In this document: positions 13,098 to 25,100 of the stretch, one piece after another
How positions within the stretch are numbered: position 1 is the first letter of the stretch
Layout: every line of letters starts with the position of its first letter
The notes under the pieces: generated by a model
Seen by the model: the letters and a program-made list of their open reading frames with translations, nothing else
Told to the model about the DNA's origin: nothing
Database searches by the model: none
Assembly: GCF_963921235.1 (NCBI RefSeq)
Contig: NC_086101.1
Coordinates: 21,638,001 to 21,702,000 of the forward strand
DNA: 64,000 nucleotides
Reading direction: 5' to 3'
DNA from: Mobula hypostoma
Taxonomy: Eukaryota
Made by a program: the position numbers and the translations under genes

Positions 13098-15627
13098 GGC
13101 ACTTGCATAGCTGCATGGGGTTGGGGACTGGCATTGATGTCCTCTTCTTGTAGCAGGAATGGGAGATTGGAAGCAGAGAGACTGTGGGAAGGAAACCCAG
13201 AGCTTAGAGCGTAGCTGTCTGAAGATATTGGCGAGTTGTTGAACTAGGGGAGATTACAAGATAGTGAGAGAGTGATGTTGTGGAAGGGGTTTGAAAATAA
13301 GAGTTTGATGAAACACTTCTAATCTAGGGAGCAGTGTATCCCGGTGAGAGGAGAGGTGGTGGGTGAGGAGGATTTGGTGGGTGTTACTTTCTAAGCTATG
13401 GAATGTTGACCAGATCCAGTAAATAGTGAGTGGGAGGAGGAGAAGGACTGAAAAAGTTGGAATCTGGCAGGGAAGAATTGGATGGAATCTGAACAGATGG
13501 TCTGAACCAGAGTGTGGAAGGGGACGGCTGGTCAGGTGGAGGTACTAAAGGTGGCTTCAGTGGGGTCTGAGCTCAAAAGTCTATCTCAGAGTGAGATTGG
13601 ACATGGGCTGCAGGACCAGGGTACCTGGTTCAGTCTCAGGTGGTTGTCCTGTCAGGATAAATGGAGTTGGGAGGCAAGGAGAGGGGTTTTGTGTCGGGCA
13701 TCAGAAAGGATGGATGGCTCAGACCCACCTTTGGAAGTCTGCAGACCCTCACTTGCATCTGTTTTACAAGCTCCACACCTTCAGGTGTATTACCTGTGCA
13801 ATGGAAGAAAATGTGTCTCCATTCATCGGCACATGCTGTTCATACCTCCACTGACATCTGGAGATATTTGATATTGGGATTGGAATTCTGGAGATACTGG
13901 GAATTGGGGAGTATCTTCTCAACGTCCATTGTCCAATTGCCCACCTTCTGATCTATACACAGCGAACACTCCTCATCCTCAGCTCCAACACTATAGGTAC
14001 ATTGGGAAAGATACACATACTGTGGGGGGGGGGGTAAGTCAGCATGGTGAGGGTATTAGAAACACATGCTGCTAAACAGATATTGGTAAATATTTGGGTG
14101 CAATTGGGTGGGCAAGTGAATAATTCAACTGAGAATGAGAAAATGATCCAATAGTATTGATACTGGGAAAAATGTCCCCATCACTGGAGAAGTTGAGAAC
14201 AAGGGAGAATTCCTTCTCGATGGAGACGGTCAGCAACTTCAAATTCATATGAGATGACTTATCCTAGGTTCAGCACATGAACACAATCACAGGGAAGTTG
14301 TGTCATTGTCTTTACTTTATTAAGAGCTTCAGTGTCATCAAACATTTTAATTTGAAAGTATCCTGACAGGTTGCATTATGGTCTGGTAGAAATATGCGAA
14401 CATGCAGGAGTGTAAGAAGATGCATTGCTAGCATACTCCACCCCACCCACCTTTGGCGGTATTTACATGAAACACCGCCTCAAGAAGGCAACATCTGCCA
14501 CGGACGATACCAACTGTCCAAGTCATCTTCTTGCAGCTACCATCAGACAGGAGGTACAGAGACCTGAAGTCCCACACCACCAGGTACAAGAACAGTTACT
14601 TCCCTTTAACAAATCAGTTACTAAACCAACCTGCAAAACACTAATCACTCCAGATTAGCAAAACCTGACTCCTTTAATCAATTTACACTAAAATGGACTT
14701 TGTTTTTCTTGTCTTCATATTGTATTCTTTCCTGTAAATGTTCTTTTCTTGTGAAAGCTGTTTCTATCATGCCGTGTGCCTGTGATGCAGCTGCAGGGTT
14801 TTCGTTGCACCTGTGCAGACATGTACTTGTGCATGTGACGAGAAACTCCACCTTGACTTTGACAAATGAAGTCTTCATACACTGGGATTGCATTCCCATT
14901 ACATTTCTTCATGCACAGCATGCTGTAAATCATGCTGAGGTAATCAATAATCATTAAACCCAATTTAAACTGACTTTCTGAGTTCCACGTTGCCTTCTCT
15001 GGGCATTAAAGAGTGCTCTGTTTAATTGGACCAGCCTCTCTGCCTTTCATAGACACGACTGAGGGAAGTGTGTGTCTCTTCCAGAACGAGGCTGCAATCT
15101 CCCTAAAAACTGAGAGGCAACAACTCCCCGGTCTCCCTCCAGCACTGAACCCGAACCTCCATCTCCCATTTTGTTCCCATTCAGTTCACTGTTTCCCCAA
15201 CGTAACCAGCTCAGACACATTGTCAGTTCACTCTGCAGGTTAAATGATAATGACACAGAGAATATCTGCACATTTTTACACTGATTGCTTGATGCAGATA
15301 CCACAATTCCAGAGAACAGTCCGCTTCATTTTATTCCAACACCATCTGCTCCTGAACTGCGGTCGGTGGGAGAGAGTGTGAGAGAGCTGGGGAGGAGACA
15401 CTGAGTCAAATTTACAGATTAGATGTCAATATAAACAGCCTCACCTGTCAGTAGCAATGGCAGAGAATCAGTTCTCACATGCTGGTCTGTACCTGAAACA
15501 TTAACTATGTTTTCTCCACTGCTGAGTGCTCTGACTTTTTCTGGTTGTATTTCAGAGAATCAGTGCAGTGAGATCTGCTCAGTGGGTCCAGAGAAGTCTG
15601 AGACCTCGGAGAACGTGTCCCACTGTG

Positions 15628-16151
15628 TTAAGTGGTGAGCAGTGTGAGTGGTTCAGTGTTGTCTGGCTTGTCAGTACATGGATTTAAGATGAGACAAAGT
15701 TTCTCAGTGAAACTGTCCGTGTAAGTGTGGATGTGACACATGTTGTCAGCATTGTAAAATGACACTTGGCCCCGCTCGTAATCCAGATAAACACCCAGTT
15801 TTCGGAGTTTCATTTCCAGGTGGGAGATGACATTTGGTATCTTCACTAAATTAGAAGAGACATGAATAACCCAGTATCCCTCTGCCGGTGTGTAGGGGTA
15901 CACTCTATCCCGCTTGACAGACTCTCTGCAGACACCCACAACCCAGCAGGACTTATATCCAACATACACCTCCCAGTAGTGCCTCCCAGACGTGAAACAC
16001 TGTGAATTCAAAACACAAAATTCTCTTAGAAATCTTCTCAGGTGATCCTGACGATTTTGTTTGGTGGTCACGTACTGGACACTCATCAGATCCTGAGAGA
16101 GGACAAGCTGATTGTGAGTTGTATCCGGGTCCAGCGTCAGCCGCTCTGGCA
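15628..16151 (-). CDS. Gene B exon 6: PRY-SPRY (B30.2)
   Basis: TTTCAG|TG acceptor; LTLDPDT, SGRHYWEV, WVVGV, LGVYLDYERGQVSFYN; TAA stop. Confidence 0.93.
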
Positions 16152-19100
16152 CTGAAACAAAACAGTTACGATAAGAAAACCAGGTGGAACTGACAGGATC
16201 TGAGCTGACAGTGATGACCATTGTCTCCTCTCTCAGCCCAGGAAGCGTGGAACCCCTGGAGGAGATTTCAATCCCCACTGCTCCCTCCGTCCTATTTAAC
16301 ACCGTACAACGTCACAGCGATTTATTTGTTACAGGGCAGTTCAATCCCTTTCCTCTGCCCAGCTGACTGTATTCTATGATGTTTTATGTGGCTGCAGTTC
16401 TCTTTTTAAAAGCTAAACAGGACAAGCCATGACAGCTCCATTCCCAGTGACACAGCAGCCCGTGAGGGGCCAGGGCCGAGTGGACATTTATTATTTAAGC
16501 TGCAGATGCTAGAGGTGTGAACCCAAAACAGAAATGTATCAGTACAGGCAGCATTTCCCATGGTAGAGCGATCAAAAACAAGAGGGTGGAGGTTTAAGGG
16601 GAGGGGGGGAGATTTAAAGGTGATCTGTGGGATAAGTGCTTTACACAGAGAGTGCTTGCTATCTGGAACATTCTCCCAGAGGAAGTGGTGGGATCAGATA
16701 CAACTGCCAGGTTTAAGAGACATTTAGACAGACATGTGAATAGGCCAGGCATAGAGGGATAAGAGCCGAATGTGGGCATGTGGGATTAGTGTACAGTAGA
16801 TGGCCAGAGTGGGCTGAAGGCTTGCTTCTATACAGTAGGACTCTACGACTCTGTGAATAACCAGGATGGGGTGACAAAATCTGTGCTCAAATAAAAAATG
16901 AAAACTGCAGATGCCGGAAATTTGAAGTGAGAACAGAGAATTCGGGAATCATCAAATCAGGTTGGAACTATGGAAAGAGAGAACGAATTGATGTTTTAGG
17001 TTGTAATGAAGATTCATATTTACTGATTTGTGCCAAATTCAGCACCGGATATCAGAGGGTATCACAACTCAAAACTACAGGTCAGTGTCAGAATAAGGGG
17101 CAAAGCCTTCGGATTTGAGAGGAGAAGAGATTTCTTCCCTCGGAGGGAGATGAACCTCAGCAATTCTCTTTTTGCAGAAGCCAATGCTGCTTAAGTCACA
17201 GAACTTATGAAGGATGGAGGTGGATCAATCTCTTCAATGAAATATATCGGGGGTAATCTGAGAGATAAGGGATGGTGGAACAGACCTGATGGGCCGAGTG
17301 GCCTTATTCTGCTACTCTGTCTTATCATCTATTGGAGGGAAAAGGTTGAGCAACATATTTTGCCAAAGCTGAGGTGTCCCTAAGCTGAGTGTTCCAGTCC
17401 CTGGATCAGTGATGGAGGGAAGCAAAGAAACCTCAACAAGAAGAGTCAAACTTGGGGCAGGAGGGGAGGGGGTTTTGTGAGGGTACAGGAAGCAATTCAG
17501 GACATTGTTTATGCCATATGTGGGTGTTTGAAGCAGAAATGTTGTACACACTGACCACATGCCTGATGAGGGATGTAGAGTGTGGCATCTGGAGCCTATG
17601 AGTATCAGGAATTACAGGGGAGAAGGTGGGGCAGTGGGGAGAAGGGGAATTACAGAGAAAGAGAAAGGTACCTGGTGAAACCACGGCTCTCATTTCCTTC
17701 CACACTTTGAGATACCTCAACCTTCCTTCAGCCACATCCTCAGGAAGATCGACAGACACCACTCCAGGACTGGAAACCGGCAACTCAGACCTGTCAGGGT
17801 CAGGAATTAGTGACACCCATTATCAAAGACTCTGTCTGCACCTCTCATTGTCTCAGTAAAGCAGCCAACATCATCAAAAACCCCACCCACCCTGTACACT
17901 CTCTCTTCTCCCCACCTCTCCCATCAGATAGAAGGTACAAAATCATCAAAGCACCAGGCTCAGGGAGAGTTTCTATCCTGCTGTTGTAAGACTATTGAAC
18001 AGCCCCCTTGTATGATATAATGGACTGAAGACCTCTCCATCCATCTACCACGTCTTGCAGCTTATTGTCTGTCTGCACTGCACTCTCTTTGCAAACATAG
18101 CAGTTTATTCTGCACTCTTTTGTTGTTTTCCATTCTAACGCAATATTGTGCAAAAGTTTTGGGCACATGTAAAGAGAGGTTGCCCAAGACATTTTCACAG
18201 TACGGTAGTAATTTTATGTATTGCACTATACTGCTGTCGCAAAAGAAAAAAAAAACACATTTCATGCCATATGTGACTGATGGTAATCCTGAATCTGATA
18301 CGGGTTTCTATTGTGGACTGAGAGTGGGAAGGGGGCAGGGAGAGGGGAATCCTCGTTAGGACAAGGGAAGGGGGGGGGAGGGAGCGGGATGCAACAAAAA
18401 GCCATTTTGTAATGTTCAATAAAGCAATTGTTTGAAATCAAATGTCCTTGCTTGGTGTCTCAGGGCTGGTTGTGTCTACACCCTCGCCACCATCCCCCCT
18501 CCACCCAGAGCACTCCTTCTGTCCCACCTGTGCCACACACTTCCCATGACTCTCCACTCTCTCCACTCCCAACATCCTTTGCTCCCACCATATTTACAAA
18601 CTCGCTCTCCANNNNNNNNNNNNNNNNNNNNNNNNNNNNNNNNNNNNNNNNNNNNNNNNNNNNNNNNNNNNNNNNNNNNNNNNNNNNNNNNNNNNNNNNN
18701 NNNNNNNNNNNNNNNNNNNNNNNNNNNNNNNNNNNNNNNNNNNNNCTTTTCCGCAGTACAGTATCTCAATACTCTGTTGTAAGGAAATAACATGAATGGA
18801 AAGCATGCAAAACAAAGTTTTATGTAACAATTAATCAATTGCCAATATATGTTAGAACAGCCTTTTTTAACCTTTTTGCCCTGGAGGAACCCTTAAAATA
18901 ATTTTCAGGTCTCAGGGAACCCCTGCACAAAAATTATTATATTTAGAGCTCACGGTACGTTGGCATGATCAGAAAGTTGTAGATATAATAATCCAAAAAT
19001 AATTGTCAATGTTCTTTTGAGTAGAGAACGAATTTTTAGCCAACCTTTCTTGGGGGAAAAACAGACAGTTAAGCTTAGCTTAACTTTCTTGAAATTACTC

Positions 19101-22100
19101 TTTCTTTCTCTTGCAAAAATTTAAAACAGCTCATAAGGCAAACATAATAAATTCCTCAGTTCTGGGTCGAACTTGAGATAAGCACACATGGATTTCACCT
19201 TCAACTGAAATGAGACAATCTCTGTCCTTGCTCGTGATGCTTGTTAAACAAGATGAAGCTTGTGCACACATGTCAAGAGTTGAAAACTGTAACAAAATGT
19301 TCATTGATCTCCTATGAATGGCAGGATACTCTTCTTTCACAGAAATCCAGAACTGGTCTAGGGGCAGGTCAGTAAATCTCATCTTGAGTGCTTGATCAGA
19401 CTGCATCTCACAAAGTTCCTCCTCTTCTCTCAAAGTCAAGAGCTCAGGCTGAGCAGAAGATTCAGAGAAACGGCCCCTCCGCCAGCCAAACACTTGTGTT
19501 GAAAAGGGGGAAAAATACTGTTCAATTTTGTTCTGCAATTCTTCCAGGTGGTTTTCAATAAGACTCAAGGCTCTGATATCCTTCCTCACACTCAAGCCCA
19601 AGCAGCATTGGAAACATTTCAAGGTTTCCTTTTGCAACACAATTTCTCCAAAGATTCAGTATCCTTTTAAATCCGAGATTCTTGTCACTTGAAGTCAAAA
19701 CACTTTCTCCCGTGCCTTGCAGAGACTTGTTTAACTGGTTCATATGATGAAAAATGTCTGTTAATTGGGCTAGTTTCTGCAGCTATTCTTCACCTTCAAG
19801 GCACTTAGCAAGATCTGGCCTACTATTTTCTGGAAAGTACTCCTGCAATTCACCATTCCACTTAAACACTCTTTTGAGAACTCTTCCTCTGCTAAGCCAC
19901 TGCATTTCCAATTGTAACAGGAGACTGGTTTGCTCTTGTCGAGGTTTTCACACAGTTTTTCAAACGTTCTCCAGTGAACTGGTCTTACAGCTACTAAATA
20001 AGTTGCTTCCTGTATCATTTTACTGACCGTGACTTTATTTTCAAAACCTTTAATCTCTTTGATTCCAATAGTCATTTAAAACAATCAGCACTTTTATGTG
20101 TCATATGGTTGTGAGTTGTAGTTCGGTGTCTTTTCGATTTTGCTGGAGGCATTGCTACATTTGTAAGTTGTTTGCCCAGACTAGGCACAACGGAATAGGA
20201 CAACTTGGATCACCAGTCCACGTAAAACCCATTGATAGGTAGTTTTAATGTAAAGAAGGACCTTTTTTTGTGATTTGTTGCACTAGTGCAGTGAAATGAC
20301 TCAAAAGATTAGATTAGATTATGAGGATACTCAGTCCTCGTTTATTGTCATTTAGAAATGCATGCATTAAATGTTCCTCCAGAGAGATATCACAGAAACA
20401 CAGGACAAACCAAGACTAACACTGACAAAACCACATAATTATAACATATAGTTACAACAGTGCAAAGCAATACCATAATTTGATAAAGAGCAGACCATGG
20501 GCACTGTAAAAAAAAAGTCTCAAGTCCCGATAACCCCATCATCTCACGCAGACGGTAGAAGGGAGAAGCTCTCCCTGCCATGAACCTCCAAGCGCCGCAA
20601 ACTTGCCGATGCATTGGAAGCACCCGACCGCAGCCGACTCTGAGTCCATCCGAAAACTTCGAGCCTCCGACCAGCCCTCCATCACCGAGCACCGAGCACC
20701 ATCCTCTGCCGAGAGCTTCGACCCGGCTCCGGCTGCTGAGCAACGAGCAATGCCGAGGACTCGGGGCCTTCCCCTCTGGAGATTCTGGATCACACAGTAG
20801 TAGCGGGAGTGAAGCAGGCATTTCAGAAATTTCACCAGATGTTCCTCCGTGCTCTCACGTCTGTCTCCATCAAATCAGGGTTGTGCACGGCACCCTACTT
20901 GACAGATAACAGATATCGCCACCGGAGTGGCCACTGCGAGCTGCGTCGTGCCGCCATCTTCTCCTCCCGCCTTTGTAATTCTTCATCATTAAGCTTATCA
21001 GAATTGTCCGTAGGCCTAGGCCTAGAATCCTCCTCTTCCATCTCACACCTCCTCTTCAAAAATCACCACACTGGGTCGTCTTTATAATGAAAATTTCCCT
21101 CCAATTTTCTATACACTGGTACTTTGTTTGCTCCCGTCAGTCAGTCGGTGGCGTGTCAGGGGAAGTTGAGGGAGGTAATTCAGGAGGGAGAGGCTGACGT
21201 CACAGCCCAAGTTGGGCAAGTCTATTCAATGCTTGGAAAATGCACTTTACACTCAACGGACTACCGTCCTCTCCTTTGTGGAATACAGTACTCAACAATT
21301 ATCAGCCTACCATGCTCCTCCCATGCAATACAGCGCAAACCAATTATCGGCCTACCATCCTCCCCTCTGTGCAATGTTGCGCTCACCATTTACCAGCCTA
21401 TCGTCCTTCCCTCTGTGTAATACAACGCTCTCTAATTATCAACCTACCGTCCTCCCCTCCATGCAATACAGCGCTCACCAGTTATCAACGACCTGCCCTA
21501 TCTTGCATTAAAAACTGAGAATGGATGCAAGCAAATAAAAATAGCCCTACAGCGCCTTGCCATACTGGACTGAGAGACCCCTAACGAGATAGCTAACGTG
21601 TCTGCTCGGTCACTGCCCACCACTGCGAGTGCTAGCATCGCGTGTTGCACTTAGTTCAAAGATCAATGTTTCTTTTCACATGATCTCTCGCAGAGCCCCT
21701 AGCGAACCCCAGTTGAGAAACTGTGCATTAAAGATACAACAGCACCTGGCATGAGAATTTCAGCTAAAATTTACTCACCTTCTCAAAAGGACTTGCATAT
21801 CCTGAGGAGGAAGAGAGAGAATAGGATTGAGTGAAGCTGTAGTTGAAAATCTCTGGAAGGGTTGGAGAGTGAAGGCTAAACACTCAACCAGAGGAAAGAC
21901 TTAGGAACTAATTTGATCGTTTTCCACAGCAAAACACTTCGCTTCTCTACATCCTCTAATACTTCCTTCTCTTATCAAAAACTGAACTGTTTGAACAGTT
22001 ACTTCCCTTCAACCATTCAGGTGAAATCAGCAATCAGCAAAACCCAAATCACTACAGTTTATTATCACTGTGACTACTTTGATCTCTTGCAATAAAATGG

Positions 22101-25100
22101 ACTTTTTAAAATTGTATTCTTCCTTATGAAAATTGCATATAATTTATGTTTCAATTATGTTGTGAGGAGGGGCCACTTTCTAGGATCAGAAAAGGCTGCA
22201 GAAGGTTGAAAACTCAGTCAGTAATATCACGGGAACTTGCCTCTCCCAGTATTGAGGACTTCTTTAATAGGCAATGTATCAAAAAGATAGCATCCATTAT
22301 TAAAACAAAACAAAACACTGGAGGGTGGAGTGTCTCTGTCAGTGAGGCATCACTCCAGCTCTCTCTCTCGTGGTCCTGATGCAGTGATGCACCACACTGG
22401 GGAATGGGGACTAGCACAGGGTCTGTGGTTGGGTGGGAGTGCAGAGTGGGGAGGGACTGGGACCAGGCCTGGAATGGGACAATTGGGGACAAATGTGGGA
22501 GGATGAAATGCAGGGTAGTGGGATGCAGTGGAGGGGAAAGAAGGGGCAGAGGGTGTGTTAGGGTAGAGTGAAACACAGAGAGGGGGAAGAGGAAGGGACA
22601 GGGGAGGATGGGGAGGGGAAGGAGATGAGGGAAGGGAGAGAAAGGTGGACGATGTGAGACTGCATTGGTGGTGATATGATCAGAAGCAGCCATGGGAAAT
22701 ACAGAGTTGGTTGTTACACAAGGGAGAGGTAGGTGGGACTGGTTTTGGGAAAGGGGTATTTGGAGAGGAATGACATCATCTGTGTCTGTGCAGACATGGG
22801 AAACACGGGGTTGCCATTGTGATTCAGGACAGCCCAGTCCTGGCTCCATTTCCACACTTATTTATTTAGACATACAGTGTGGAACAGGATGTTCCAGCCC
22901 AATGAGCCGTCCCACCGAGCAACCCAACAATTTTAACCCAGTCTAAACTCGCCTACTAACTGGTATGTCTTTGCACTGTTGGAGGAAATCCACATGCACA
23001 TGAGAAGGATTACAAACTTTCTTTCTTACAGAGGACACTGGAACTCAACTCTGAACTCCAACACCTTGAGACGTAATCACGTCACAGTCATCGCTATGCT
23101 ACCATGCCACCCCGCGCCCCCCATGGTATTTATCTGGGCTCAATCAATCCTCACCCCCATGGTATTTATCTGGGCTCAATCAATCCTCACCCCCATGGTG
23201 CTGACGGCGCCACCTGGTGATGATTCAAGCAATTTCTCTGGGATTTCCACACTCAGCGGATGATCTCCATTCCAGCAATCACACAGGGGTCAAACCCACG
23301 GCCAGGATGGCAAGGGCAGGGTGTGAACCCACCGCTGGTTATTCTCTGAATGTTTCTGAGTTTTTATTGAACTGACGGCACTTGGGAAACCAGTTTTAAC
23401 CCTGGTTGCCCATATAATTAAATTCACTCACAGGTATTTAAGACAGTTTGGATCCCCCAGACAAGAAAGTGACACATCCTGTACCTTGAGGAGCCCATGG
23501 GGATCGTCAATTTTCAATCTCACTTTTACGTCTTGTATCACTGCTTCAAGGGAAGAGATTTCCTTGACTGTTCTCTTTAAATTGTTTTCCAGTTGTGTTA
23601 GGATTTTGTCCGCTTCTCTCTGCAGCTCTGCTACCATCTGCTGTTGCCTCTCACGCAGGAACTGGTGCATCTTCTCAAATTCAGCCCTGATCTCATAGCT
23701 CCGTCCATCAACCTGGTCCTGGATCAGAGTGAGGTTAGCAGAGAGTCACTGGCCAAACATAATTCATTGATTTGAATGTTTGATTTTCCAAATAAGACAT
23801 TCAATGCTGCTTGGAGTGGTTATTTACACTGGGGTCAGGGTTGCTTTATTTTTGAAAGTAAAGTGGGTGCTGATTGGAGTGGGGTCAGAATAAACAATCG
23901 TAGACAGAATAATCAACCAGAATCCAATCCCAAGGATCTGACTGGATTTCTGGGATTGAACTCGATTCTGGAATTGAAGAGAGAACAACATGCACTGATA
24001 AGGACAGTTCAAGTTGTCCTTTGGGACTTCAGTAAAGTGACAAGGTTCCACATGGGAGGATCGTTGGAAAGTTTATACCATGGGATCTGAGGTGAGGTGT
24101 CCAATTGCATCTATAAACTTAGCTTGGCAGTAGGCAGCAGATCGTGTCACATATATTTTTGATGGGTCTCCTACTGTTTTGTTCTGCAGATCATTTTGGA
24201 TAGGAGTGTACAAAGTATGATTAGTAAGTTTTCAGTTAACATGAAAATACTTGTGTTGATAGAGTGGAGAACAGTCATAGCCTACAGGATGACATTGATT
24301 TGTTGGGAAATGAGGCAAAGCAGTGGCAATGGAATTTAATCTTCGGAAGTGTGAGGTGATGCACGTGGGGTGAACTAATAAGAGTTGGATATAGACAATA
24401 AAAGGCAATGTCTTAGATAGACACATTCAAAATGATGGAGGAACTCAGCAGATCAGTCAGCATCTATAGAGGCAGAAGAATAGTCAATGTTTCAGGTTGA
24501 GTCTCTTTATCATGACTGGGATATCCAGCGGTGAGATACAGACTGGAATCTAATCAATAGGTTCAGGGTGGTCTATATAAAGAACAGTGGATCCCTGAAT
24601 TATGTCGCAGGCTGGGATCGAATCCAGGTGTTCAGGTTGTTTTTTATATTGAATAATGGATACCCAGGAGTGAGTTACAGGCTAGGATATAATCAAGGGA
24701 TTCAAGCTGGTATCCATACCAATCTGTCATGGTGAGCGCTGGTAATGACTGAACCCAGGTCCGGAGGAACGACAGAGTCCCATGTAGAGATTGAATACAG
24801 AGTTAATACATTGGAATTCCAAAAGTACATCAGTGGCTCAACTGAGTTACACCCTGAGACAAAATGTTCTCAAAACTCGACCCATTAAAAATAATCACAA
24901 AATGCAGAAAGCCCTTGCCAGTCAAAATCAATTTGTGAAGATTGAACCAAAAATACCAGGGATTATTGACTCACTTCAAGACAACAATTCAAAAAGGGTC
25001 TCGGTCCGAAATGTTGACTGTACTTCTTCCTATAAATGCTGCCTGGCCTGCTGCGTTCCAAAAGCATTTTACATATGTTGCCTGAATTTCCAGCATCTGC

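Noticed and set aside
18428-18838. ORFs with X runs
   Set aside because: Artefacts of the N gap.
19131-20250. Domesticated ZBED/FAM200-like host gene
   Set aside because: Frameshifts, internal deletion, TIR/TSD and nested insertions indicate a dead hAT transposon.
22214-22855. 213-aa Pro/Leu-rich ORF conserved with 48353-48997
   Set aside because: Pyrimidine-rich intron 3 sequence shared by recent duplication; frames diverge at both ends and there is no domain.
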